NCBI GenBank assembly: GCA_034780895.1
Contig: JAUZTB010000072.1
Span: 14,906,508-14,970,507 of the forward strand
DNA: 64,000 bases
Direction: 5' to 3'
Origin: Rhynchobatus australiae
Lineage: Eukaryota
The notes under the pieces are model-generated. The model did no database searches. It saw only the letters and a program-made list of their open reading frames with translations, and was not told the origin of the DNA. Position numbers and translations under genes: made by a program. Shown here one piece after another: positions 22,692-34,397 of the stretch. Position 1 is the first letter of the stretch; every line of letters begins with the position of its first letter.

Positions 22692-22835
22692 CAAAAAAGG
22701 CTTCAATGTTCGATCGTTTGGTACGGGGATGCACGTGAAGCTACCGGGACCTGCTCCGGACAAGCCAAATATATACGATTTCAAAACTACATATGATCAG
22801 ATGTACAATGATCTCATTAGGAAAGACAAAGAACT
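22692..22835 (+). CDS. SSU72: SSU72 coding exon 2
   Basis: 144 nt translating (S)KKGFNVRSFGTGMHVKLPGPAPDKPNIYDFKTTYDQMYNDLIRKDKE(L), nearly identical to vertebrate SSU72 residues 27-75 as I recall them. Confidence 0.97.
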
Positions 22836-23624
22836 GTATCCATGAGGCACACTATGTTTTTTTAGGTCACTGGTTCCAAGGTGTCTGTGTTTGCATTTTT
22901 ACTGTAGTGGGGAGACATGCCACAGTTTTGTAAATTCACAGGGTATAGGAAAATACAATGTCAAGGGTGAGTCAGGTCCTTTGTACCTTCTGGTGCTTTG
23001 TCAATTTCCTTTTATAAATTATTCCAATTAATGAAAATGTTATACAAAGTACAGCTAAGAGTGGGTAGAAGAAGCTCCTCTTTGGTAAGAATATGTGTGT
23101 GTAGTTATGCAGCAACAGACTGCATGCCCACTAATTTCCCACTTTGTCTCTAGTTTAGATATGTTACTCTTAAGTTGAAGGGATAGGGTCTTGAGGGCTG
23201 AGCATCCCTTTTCAGATGTAACAGGATCGTAATGGTCATTTTAGAGCGGTATGTGATCTAACTCTAGTAATAAATGTTTTTATTTTTTTATAAAAGGAAA
23301 TGGACAGTCTGATCTGTTTCCAAGGCTGCCTTGGAAGAAGCTTGTTAAAACAATAACAGAAGAGACATTATTACTGCACTGAAATATTTGATGTCAGTAC
23401 AGTGATGTTCATGTCCTTAAATACTCCATTAAAACTACATCTGAACTCAAATGATCTTGGAATCCCAAGGTGCAGATTTCTTAATGTAGGAAATGTGATG
23501 TGATTCACATTTCGGAGAAAGTTAAGGGAAATCCTGCCTTATCCACATTTCCTTCACCATGAGTTAAATATTTGTTAATACTAATAATTTGTATTAAATT
23601 CTTAGTCCATTTGATAATTATAAA

Positions 23625-24032
23625 ACAGTACTTGCATTTACATGGTGACTTTTACAACATTGGGATGTTTTAAAGCACTTGCAACTGATTACTTTTGAAG
23701 TGTAGTCACTGTTATAATATAGGAAATGTGGCAGCTAATTTTATGCACAGCAATTTTCCACAAACAGCACTATGATGAGAAGAAAATCTGTTTTAATTAT
23801 GCTAATAGAGGAATGAACGTTGGCCAAGATTCCAGGAATAAATTCCCCACTTTTGAGTACACCTGGCAGGGAAGAAGGGGTCCTCGATTACTGTTACATA
23901 TTTTTAAAAAAGGCATCTTCAGCAATGTAGCGCTCTCAGCACTGTACTAGAATATCAGTTTGAATTCGAGTTTGGAACCCACAATCTTCTGACTGAGACT
24001 ACATGAATGTTGCCAACAAAGCCACAACTGAT
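23625..24032 (-). mobile_element. SacSINE1/DeuSINE-like SINE
   Basis: acttgcatttac...ttttgaagtgtagtcactgttataatataggaaatgtggcagc...ttggaacccacaatcttctgactgaga (reversed tRNA-like head). Several other copies in the window. Confidence 0.75.
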
Positions 24033-26109
24033 ACAAAATTTAATGTTAAAGTTAAGTATATAGTATTGCAGTGTGCCCTTCACTCAAATGTTTGACTTTC
24101 ACATCGGTTATAAGGTGAGAGCAGCATGTAAATTTAATGCAGAAGTTGAAAGCAATCTATTGATAGTAAGTATATTCAGATTTGCCAGACCAACTCAATT
24201 TATGTACAAGCTGAAACAATCGTTGGCTTGAGCCCAATGAATTGCTTAACATTTTTTGAAGTTGTAAAATAGGAACTAAACAATACTCACCAATTTTTCC
24301 TCCAATTCTTAACTGTTTCCCTTCTATACTTCCAGTTGTGTTGGTATTTTGATTACAAAAGCATCACTTTATTTTTGTGGTTTCTAAGATCTTGTCTGGT
24401 GCCATCTGTTTTGGAGATGGGAGATTCCTTTACTATTAGTTTTTTTTGGCTGATGGCTAACTACAAAAGTTTGATTTTAAACCCAATAACCATGAAAATA
24501 ATTATTCTGTTAAGGCCCAGATAAATGGAATTAATTACCCCCATACATAGTCCTTTAATGTCTGGATTTTGGTTTAAAAAGTAGTAATTATTGAGTGTTA
24601 CAAGCAGCTAATGGTTGTGGGTTATTTTTGCAACCATGTAAAATTTCATGATTTCAGTCAGCTAACCAATCCTACAGTAAAATTCACTGAGTACTTTTCA
24701 AAAAGTGCAGACGAGGAGTGACCCTGTTTTTCAACATTTAAATAGTGCAGATCAAGTACTAATAGAGCAAGTAAGCCTGGTGGATTTAGTATAGCCTTGT
24801 AGTCGTGGTTCAACTGCAGCTCATCTGTGTCATAAGGAAACATTGGCTATTTTAACCAAATGACATTTAAACAGGCATTTAAAGCATCAGTATACAATAC
24901 TTAAGTTGATGTTGTTTGGCTTACCCAAGCATTCTGTAGGTTTAGTATCCTGTTTAAATTTGATTTTGGTATTGAATAGCAGAAACACAAAAGGTTTATG
25001 TCTCTTTGCTGTTTTGTAATCAAATATCAACAGCATTTTGGAAGTAGAGGGAACCAAATACAACCTTGCTGAAATATAACAGACACTATCTTCTATTTTG
25101 TGTTGCTCTGGCTGTAGAGAGTGATTTGTGTTTAGTGTCGCATTACTGTAAGATTGTATCATTTGCCAAATTAGTGGCTGCCAAGACCAGGTGATACTTG
25201 AGCCTTGGTAGTCTGGCACAAGAAACATGGGCATCTTAATTCTGCTTGAGCTTTTCTTTACTTTGGTCTGGAGAATGTAACTGCCTGTTTTGCTGCAGTT
25301 CCTTTGCTGACAGATTTAAATTAGAGCAACTCTGTTAATTTCAGTAGCACAGCTCACATGCAAGTCAAATGCAGGATTCATTTAATCTCTACATATATCC
25401 AAAGAAGGCAAAAATTGGACCTGACTATTGAAGGATACACTATCTCGCCCATCCATTCTGCAAGACTTGCAGCAAGTTGAGATTTAAATAGGCTTCACAT
25501 TTATTATGTCAGGATATTGCCTTCCACCACAATTATCATGTGTGATTTTTCTGGGTTCCACTTTGCATTTTGAATTTGGGATTATCATTTAATTGCTGGT
25601 TTCGTAATTTTACAGGATGTGGTACTGTATCCAGGATCCAGGTGCATGCTTCAGGAGGTTCCATTGGTTTCTTAAAAATCCAGTCATTTACACTAAGGAT
25701 TCCTACTGCGCTAAGCTGCTTGTCTGTAATAATATGTAAGGTCTTAATGTTCACAACCAAAAGTAATAATTGTATGGTTTTTGATTGCAATTAAAACTTT
25801 TGGTAATAAGCTGAGACACACAGGTCTGTATAATAATGCACATTTGTCACAATATGGACAGAATATTGTACTTCAAGGGCTAAAAAAGGTAGCTGAATGG
25901 AACGGGCAAAATTAAACTGCTGATGTAGTTAAAGCTTAAAAGTTCAGGCTATTGGTATTTAAGCATGTGATGAAGCTTGGGAATTTAAATAAAGGATTAT
26001 TTGATAAAATGGCATTGACCCAGCCCATGAGATCCCATCATAGCTCTTCTCTGGGATATTTGAAAACTTGAGTAAACTATATGAAACACATGCTCTGGCT
26101 TTTTTAATT

Positions 26110-27500
26110 CCTGGGAAAGGCCTATTGCTAGCAAGGCCAGCACTTAATGTCCAACCCTAGTCCTTGAGCAGGTCATGGTGGTGGCCTTTTTTTTATATAA
26201 CCCATTTAAGATATTACCACATTATTAAGCAAGTTAGCAAGTTCCAGTGTTTAGACTCTGCTACAATGAAGGAATAGGGTTATTTATTACCAGGGCAAGA
26301 AAGTCTGACTTGGAAGTGAACTTTCAGATGGTGGTTTTCCCATGAAACCTGGATGGTTTTGAAGATGGTGCACATTAGCTAGATAATGGGCAATGATTAC
26401 ATAGGGTGGTAGAAGAGGTGCTGGTCATATGGGCTGTTTTGTCTTAGCGTTTTACTGGTAGAGAATATTCCATCAGACTTGTTTTATAGATGGTGATAAA
26501 GTTTTGGAGAGATCAGGATGCATATCATACCACAGAATACAGATTTTGATCTGCAACAATGTTTAAGTTTGGCTTAGTTGATTTTGTGGTACCACCTGTG
26601 ATGTTGACAGGTGGTACTAGAAAATCAGCAGGCATACTTTTGAAGATAATGTGGAGGTATTAGGCTATTGTGTTAGTGGTGATTGACTAACACTGTCTTG
26701 CATGGAAGTTACCTACCACTTATCAGGTCATGCCTGAAAATCATCCAGTTCTTGCATTCCACTGTGGACCACTTCATTTGAGGTATTGCAAATGGAATTG
26801 AAGACTAGTGAGCATCTTCACTAGTGAGCATCTTCATTTTGGACCTTGTGGAAGGAAGGTCATTTATGAAGCAGCTAAAGATGGTTGGGTATAGGACATA
26901 GCACTGGGGAACTCTTGTAACAGTGGGCTGGTGACAACCATATTATCTCAGTATGACTAGCCAGTGGGTGTTTTCCCTTTGATATCCTTTGTCTTTCATT
27001 TTGCTAGGACACCTTGTGGCTACATTTGGATTAGGTTAAATGTTGCCCTAATGCTTTAGGCAGTCACTATCACTTCATCTCATTTCTTGAATGTAGCTTT
27101 TTTGTCCATATTTGGACCTAGTGGAACTAAGCATTAGTGAGGTAGTTAACTGGGAGTGAGCTCTACCACCACTTTGCTTTTTTAAAATTAGGCTGGGGGT
27201 GTAGTAATTGGCTGCTTTGTGCCCTGTGCTTTGCAGGTAGGATATACCTGACTTGTTTTCCAGTTATCTAGTAGATGCAGTTGTTAGACAAAGGTGGAGG
27301 TAGTCCTGAAGCCAAGTCTTCAACTCTACAGGTAGCATGTAGCATTTGCTACATCCATTCTATTCTTTATCACAGTGTGTCTCTCAGGAGGAGGTAGAGA
27401 TACGTCACCCATTTGACACTTCTGATTGAAGATGTTTGTAAATGCATCAGTGCTGTCTTTTGCACTCCATCAATTAAGAGATGCTTATAGAGCCATGACC
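26110..27500 (-). mobile_element. Decayed CR1/L2-group LINE (RT region to 3' end)
   Basis: The reverse of 26850-26915 reads as a degenerate VPQxxVLxPTIFSCFINDLPS. Colinear with 42480-44100. Confidence 0.7.
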
Positions 27501-27710
27501 TCTTAACAGCTGTTAAATGTTGTATCCAGCAGTCGTGATTGGATGTGACGAACCTGAAAAGTTTTGATCAAATTCAATAGCTTTGAAGTTTCTTTGTAGT
27601 ATGGTGTGTTNNNNNNNNNNNNNNNNNNNNNNNNNNNNNNNNNNNNNNNNNNNNNNNNNNNNNNNNNNNNNNNNNNNNNNNNNNNNNNNNNNNNNNNNNN
27701 NNNNNNNNNN

Positions 27711-28140
27711 GGGGCCGAGGACTGACACATCAGTGACAGTGTGGGAGGGGGGGATGAAGTGACCGGCAACGGGGAGATGCAGATCGCGGTTACGGACGGA
27801 GCGCAGGTGCTCTGTGAAATGGTCACCTAGTCTGCGTCTGGCCTCTCCAGTGTAGGGGAGGCCACACAGTTGGAGCACTGAATGCTGTAGATGATATTAA
27901 GGGAGGTGCACGCGAATCTGTCTCACCTGAAGGGACTATTTGGGTCCTGTGATGGAGGTGGTGTAGAGGAAGGTGTTGCACCTATGGTGTGGGCAGTGGA
28001 AGGTGTCCGGGGTGGGAGCAGGATGGGTGGGGTGGGAAGGAGTGAACTAGAGAGCCGCGGAGAGAGTACAGTCCCTGCGAAAGGCAGAAAGGGGGGGAGG
28101 TGCGGGGAGATGTGCCTGGTGGTGGGGTCCCGTTATCATT
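27711..28140 (-). mobile_element. Penelope-like element, GIY-YIG endonuclease region
   Basis: Minus strand NIIYSIQCS/CGLPYTGEARRRLGDHFTEHLRSVRNRDLHLPVAGHF...SH..DVSVLG (frameshifted), preceded by GTFHCPHHRCNT. This is the GIY-YIG domain plus Cys-rich linker of Penelope elements. Cut by the gap at 27611-27710. Confidence 0.88.
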
Positions 28141-28447
28141 GAAGATCATTATCAGTATCTTGTATCGGTGTCAGCTGCAACAGTCGTTGTTCTCTTCTGC
28201 TTTAAGGTCATCAGGCATGGGTTTTTAATGATTTATCAGGTAGTTGGGGTTGCTTTCTTTAAAAGTATAAAGATTGAATTGCCAGTTTAGGTTGCCGATC
28301 CTCCCAAAGAGCAACCATTGGTTGTTTGTGCCAATAGTGTGTTCTCCCCTTTTGCCCAGGGCAAGGGATAATTTTTTTTTTTACTTGCTTGCCTTTTGGA
28401 ATCTGAACTACGCTGGTGAGGGTAGCAATTGTTGCCCATCCTTAACT

Positions 28448-28628
28448 GGAACGGGCTGTCAGGGCTGGTGGTGGAAGCAGATACGATAGTGGCGTTTAAG
28501 AGGCTGTTCAACGTATGAATATGGAGGGAAATGAATCATGTACAGGCAGAAGAGATTTAGTTTAGTTCTGTGTCATGTTCAACGCAGACATTGTGGGCAG
28601 AAGGGCCTGTTCCTGTGCTGTTCCATGT
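28448..28628 (+). mobile_element. CR1 3' end inserted into an older minus-strand LINE remnant (~28380-29340)
   Basis: tggaacgggctgtcagggctggtggtggaagcagatacgatagtggcgtttaagagg...gaagggcctgttcctgtgctg. The flanks resemble the 42480 family. Confidence 0.8.
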
Positions 28629-29689
28629 TAACTGCCCCTGTGGCAAGCCACTACCTTGACTAGTGAGGGTACTCTCAGAATGCTGTTGGGGAGGGAGTTT
28701 CAGAGTTTGGGCCCAGTGATGATGGAGGATTCGTCTCCAGACTAGGGTGGGTGATTGAGTTGGAAGGGAACCTGCAAGAGCTGGTCACAAACAGATACAT
28801 CAGCCAGCAGTAGATTGGTGAGGACAAGATAAAGTTTATCTCTTATTGGTTCACTCAATCTCCTGCAGACCCAGCCTTTAAGTTGGTGCTCCCAGGCCAC
28901 TCTCAGTAGAGAACTTTAATGTCCATTACCCACTCTGTAGCCTTTTATTAGTGTCAGTGCTTCCAAGTGTTGATCCTTCAGCTGAGGAAGGGCAGTAGGT
29001 GGTAGTCAGGGAAGAGGTTCCTGGCTCATGTTTGACCTGATTTCATGAAGTACCTTGAGCTCAATTCATTATTGAGGCTTCCAAGGGCATTGTATCCCAA
29101 CTGTACACAACTTTGCTACATCTTGTGTTCCTGTCCTGGCGGGACAATACATACTCTGGAACTATGAAAACAAAGTTGGCATTCAGGCTGTAAATTCACA
29201 TCTTGTGCATGTGAATATCAGCTGATGTATGATTTGCTTAGACAAGACTTCCAATTTAGGCACACCTTTAGACATTCAAGGAGTTATGCAGATGCCTGGG
29301 TAAGTCACATTTGCTGTACTCTGCAGTTCTGGACACAGTACTGAAGCAGATACTCACTTTGGAGGCAATACACTGTAGGCATGTCCGAATAACACTTGAT
29401 GCCCAAACCTGAAATTACAAGGAGAGATTATACCAAAGAGGAATTTTGAAGATGAAGAGGAGATTAGTACAAATTTATAACATACCAAAGAGTCCTTGTA
29501 TTTCAAGAAACTGTTCTGATCGAATAGCCTAGGGCAAAGAAAATTGGCATTAATATATGCCAGGCCTTTCAGGAATAACGTGAAGAAACACTTCAAACAG
29601 CAATTGATGTGAGGGCATTTTTATAAAGCAAAGATTAGACCATAAGTTTTCAGCTCGTCTTCAAGGTATTTCTTATCGTGGTGAGGGTT

Positions 29690-30140
29690 CTTTCTTTACT
29701 TTCTCTTCAGGCAGAGAGATCCAGATTCCTGTCACACTTGGGGTGAAAACATTTTTCCCCATCTTCCCTCTAATCCTACTAGTTACATTAAAACTAGCAC
29801 CTCGTTACTGACCTATGTTTAGGGAAAAAGGACGTGATGATTAAATCTCCCTCAGTCATTTTTTAAAGAAGAAAATCACAGCCTAGTTGCCATCTGTTAA
29901 TAACTATAATTCTCCAGCTCTGGCAACATACTTAAATCTCCTTTTGGTATCCCTTTTACTGCGATACAAATTTTCCTGCAATGTAATAATCAAAAGTATG
30001 CATACCAAAAGTCAAACTGTGACCCAGGCAATGTTTTAAACTACTGGTGTTCCAAATAACCTCTTCATTCTTGTGTTTATTGATTGTGACTTAAAATACA
30101 AGTATCCTCCGTGTTGCATTAACCACCAGATGCACCCGAT
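29690..30140 (-). mobile_element. Old CR1 LINE fragment
   Basis: ggcagagagatccagattcc...gggtgaaaacattttt is a reversed FFTQ.V..WN.LP segment. Confidence 0.55.
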
Positions 30141-31349
30141 TTGAGGACGTGAACTCAAATTCCTATGATTCTTTATTATTTGTATGTTCACTTGTAACCC
30201 TTCGCAAATGCTTTACCTTTCACTTGGACTGCATTGCATTTGTCCATTTTTAGTCCACCTGTCCAGGGCTGTGCCATTCTCAACCTGCTGCCCAACTCAA
30301 TGCCAGGTAGTCCATTTGAATTTCTTCTGTTTTGCACAATGGTGTGTTCAATTGAAAGGCTAGCTAGGTCATTCTTGATGGCATATGAGAGTTGAGTCAA
30401 TGTTGAATGCTCTAATCCAGAGGCAAGTAGGTTGGTGGATAAAGATGGAAGCTCAAATGATTTGGGCCAAGTGCTGCTTTCTGTGCTGTGAATTTTATTT
30501 ACTGCNNNNNNNNNNNNNNNNNNNNNNNNNNNNNNNNNNNNNNNNNNNNNNNNNNNNNNNNNNNNNNNNNNNNNNNNNNNNNNNNNNNNNNNNNNNNNNN
30601 NNNNNCAGTTCATTTTCCAGCTCTGTCTCTGGCTGTATACCCATAGGTCTTATTTCCATTGGATATTATTCCAAATTTGCTAAGTTATATAGCTTAGCAT
30701 AACCACAGTCATTTTTGACTTTTTTGAAGATTTCCTCATCTATTACTTTCAATTTAAATGTCCAGAGTAATTTATTGTATTAAGAGTTGCACGCTTCAAA
30801 TGGCAACATTCCTTTGGGAATTCTTGTTCAAAATCTATTTTTAAAATAAAATTATGCTAGGCTCCCCAGCCTCTGCCATATCCAGGTCAGGTAGTGTGAC
30901 AGACAGAAAGCAGCCCATTGGTTTGTTCTGTGATGTGTTTTGGAAATTGGGTCACATTACATGTGCAGTTCCAGGTTCCCCCATCTGGTTAATTGAAAAT
31001 GATATTTTCAGTTGCAGAGCTGGTAGACCCTGACATCTTGCACACCAAGTTATGGAGAAAATTTCTAACTTGTCAGTGAAACTGTAATTGTGTTTGAAGA
31101 AGAACAATGGGTGCTGTGGTCAAAGTAACAATCCTGATTTAACTGTGAGTTGTTGAGCTACATGGGGAATGATGCAGAAATGCAGGTTGATGCTGATGAG
31201 TTCAGCAGTAATCTTGTGGCCTGTGTTGTGAGTCTTTGAAATTATAGTTTAACTTCCCATCAGGGCATCTCATATACAAATATTCTTTTTGTTGTCTAGT
31301 TGTAAAAGCAAATTGTGAAATCTATTTCATATTTTAAGACTATTGCGTG

Positions 31350-31690
31350 TTCTTCCCAGGCTATACTTGAGATAGAGGATGACTTGCTTCCACTCCAGTT
31401 TTGGGGTTCTGATGTGGTTGATGAGGCCAGTGTGGGGACTGTAGACTCACAAGTGGCGCAGCTGGTGGCCGATGGGTGGCCACCATTAGTTTGAAGTAGT
31501 CCACCAGTTTTGTAGGGCCTCTGTTTTTTTGATGCATGGTCTCAAGCTTTCCAGTGCCATTCCTGAATGCTGCTCCTCCACTTTGAGTGGTTATGGGCCA
31601 GAGATTCCCAGGAATCTGCAGGGATATTGCCTTTCTTCATGGAGGCTGTGACCATGTCCTCGAATCTTTTCCTGCCACCCTGTGTAACCA
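31350..31690 (-). mobile_element. RTE-clade LINE 3' end
   Basis: ORF-track peptide QGGRKRFEDMVTASMKKGNIPADSWESLAHNHSKWRSSI is a typical RTE C-terminus. Reversed 3' end gaggatgacttgcttccactcc. Confidence 0.8.
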
Positions 31691-31954
31691 AAGTTGAATT
31701 GACAGGTACAGAAGGCAGAGAAAGCCATGCACAAGCATATTCCAAAGCAGCTCAGCCAGTGACACTTCTTTGAAGTACATTCACTTGTGTATTGGCATTA
31801 TGTCTGTTGAATGAAATTTGATCTCAGAGCACACATTAAAAAGGTAGACCATTTTGCTCAAGTTTTCTCAACTTCATAGAAAACATGTTGGGCAGGAAAA
31901 GATCTGGTCGGTTGGGCCTGTCTTGTTCAATTTTATTGATTTCAGTGCGAGTTG

Positions 31955-32600
31955 GAGTTGTACAGCGTAGAAACAGGTTATTGGCTCAGTGCATCTTGTT
32001 GACCATCATGCGTATCTATACTAATCCTACTTGCTGCATTAATTCCAAATCCCTCTGCTGATTGAAGTACCAGTCCAGATGCCCCTTAAGTGTTACTGTT
32101 CGCCTCCACCTCTGGCAGCTCATACCTGACACCAACTACTCTTGAATTACTCTTGAATAAAAAAATTTACCCCTCGCATTCCCCATAAACTACCTCCCTC
32201 TCACCTTTAAACCTATGCCCCCAGTTCTAAACACTCCGGCCATGGAAAACAGACTGACTACCCTATCTATGCATCGCATGATTTTATATACTTTTACAAT
32301 GTCACTTCTCAGTTTCCTCTCCAGGGAAAACAGACCCAGCCTATTCCTATCTCTCCCTGTAACTCAAGCCCTCTAATCCAGACTGTGTCATTTTGAATCT
32401 TTTCAGTACCCTCTCTAGCTTGATCACATCTTTCATGCAGTGTAGTGAACAGAATTGCACATGATGCTGTTAGTGCAACCTAACCAATGTTTTGTACAGC
32501 TGTAACACAATGTCCCAACTCTTATACTAAATGCCTCAGCCGATGAAGGCAAGCATGCCATATGCCACCTTCACCCTATCTACCTGTGCTGCTACTTTTT
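31955..32600 (-). mobile_element. CR1 LINE ORF2 C-terminus and 3' tail
   Basis: Reverse complement of the 46480-47398 type (ccctctcacctttaaacctatgcccc; gtagtgaacagaattgcac; gatgaaggcaagcatgccatatgcc). Confidence 0.85.
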
Positions 32601-34289
32601 GGCTAATTTAAAGTACTCCTGCTATAGGTGGGTGGTAGAGAACTAGAGGGGAGTTAATCGGCATATAAGAGTGATATGTTCCGGGTAAATATCCAAAAGA
32701 TAGTCGACTGGATTGTTAAGAATCTGGAATTAAAAGTAGGTCTGACTGTGAATTTCCTTATAGACACTAGGAACCAAGTTTCTATATTCAATAATATTCA
32801 ATATTCAAATTTCTTTATTCAATTTATATTCAATAAATTCACCATGGCATTATAAGAAAATTCCCAAATTATTGCCAGAAATAGATTTCCATTACAATCC
32901 AGCAGTGTCATGGTCATGGAAACCAGCTTTTAACCTGAGCTTAAATTCTTCAGCTGGCAAAGTAGAATTTGAATACATGTCACCAGGTCAATCCCAGAGC
33001 CCTCTGGGTACCACAGTAATTTAACCAATGTACAACTGACCATATTCTACTGCCCCATCTATTACTGAGGGCAGTGATTTCTCATGTAGTTCTAAATGTG
33101 GCAGCCTCCCTTTTATGCTTAAGTGCTCATTTATTACTTAAAGGAAATGGTAATTTTTTTTAGTCTTTATATCTTGGGGAGAAAGTAAAAGATTGGTTTG
33201 GCTGGGGGTAGTGGGAGTGGTTGGTGGATGAGAGGGAGAAAGAGGGGGCTACCAGGTCGCAATTTCACCTCAAAGCTAACATTTGACTGCTGTGCAATTG
33301 TCTTTTTCATCGGGAAAGCAACAAGCTTTTCCACTTCAGCCTTTGAACACTAGGTCACCTTGGAAACTTGCTGACATCTTGACTATTTTGCACAGTGCAC
33401 AAATTAAACCTGGATTCTCCTTGCACTGTAATTTTATTAACTTGCATCAAAACATTGAAGTCACTACTATTTTGTTCTTTTAAGCTTTGTTCTTTGTTTC
33501 TTTGATTAGTAATTTTTACCTGGTATTTTAGTTCTTTCACAGTAAAACCTTCACTTCACCATTGAATCTAATAGAAAAATATTCGGATGTTCTCACCTGT
33601 TCATTTCTGAAAATTCCTTTGAAGGAAATCTTCATTGTGTAGAATTAGAAATATTTGCGTTTATGCAGTGCCTTTCATAACTTGAGGATGACCCACTCAA
33701 GTGTTTTTGAAATGATGTCAAAGTTCCCACAATAGGGACAGCTGATAGGTGTACAGCAAGTTTTGGCAAACAGTAGTACGGTGATGACTAGGATTTGCAC
33801 TAGCAGCAACTCCCTTGCTCTTGAAAGTAATGCCCTGGGATTTTTTTCTTTTTCCAAGAAAGCAGGTATAGCCTTGGTTTAATGTATGCTCTTGAAAGAA
33901 AGTACACCCTGGAATTTGTAGAGGAATAGCACGAGCATGCCACTTGGCCAATCTAGTCCTTGTCTGCTACTTGTCTAAAATTATTAACCTATTTGATCTG
34001 TTTATTTTGTTTTCCCATAAATGCATTTCTATTACAGGCCCCCTGAACCTTGTACATATGAGCGAGGGTTTGGGAGACTGGATGGATTTGCTGGCTGCTG
34101 CAGTCATCTTCTGCATTGGAAAGGGGCATTTCTGTGTGCCTTCTCTCCCTGTACTGAGTCGCAACAAATGGGGGTGGGCCAAGCTGAACAGAGCTGGGAT
34201 CAGTGAGCAGACCCACTAACTCAATGGATCAGTAAGGCTGTGTGGCGGCTCCTCTTTGCACGTATACTCACACTCCCATCATAGTTGTT

Positions 34290-34397
34290 TCTGTGATCCT
34301 CTTTCCCCACACTCTGTTCCTTTCTGACCTGCGACCAATTTGGGCTAGGAACCTTTTTCAAGAACAGAACCCTATTATAACCAGGGTACTGCCTGTA
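34290..34397 (+). mobile_element. Tigger-like MITE terminal fragment
   Basis: ttctgacctgcgaccaatttgggctaggaac...gaacagaaccctattataaccagggtactgcctg|TA matches the ends at 13600-13653 and 16917-16990. Confidence 0.6.

Noticed and set aside
24305-24345. TTCTTAAC plus pyrimidine tract plus AG as the intron 2 acceptor
   Set aside because: The following sequence does not encode SSU72 exon 3 in any frame.
26982-26990. Perfect AT-AC donor ATATCCTTT (similar matches near 1129, 54108 and 61821)
   Set aside because: Inside repeat or intergenic sequence with no preceding exon; expected by chance.
28439-28465. U12 branch-point match TCCTTAAC
   Set aside because: Lies at a junction of two LINE fragments and is followed by CR1 sequence, not exon 3.
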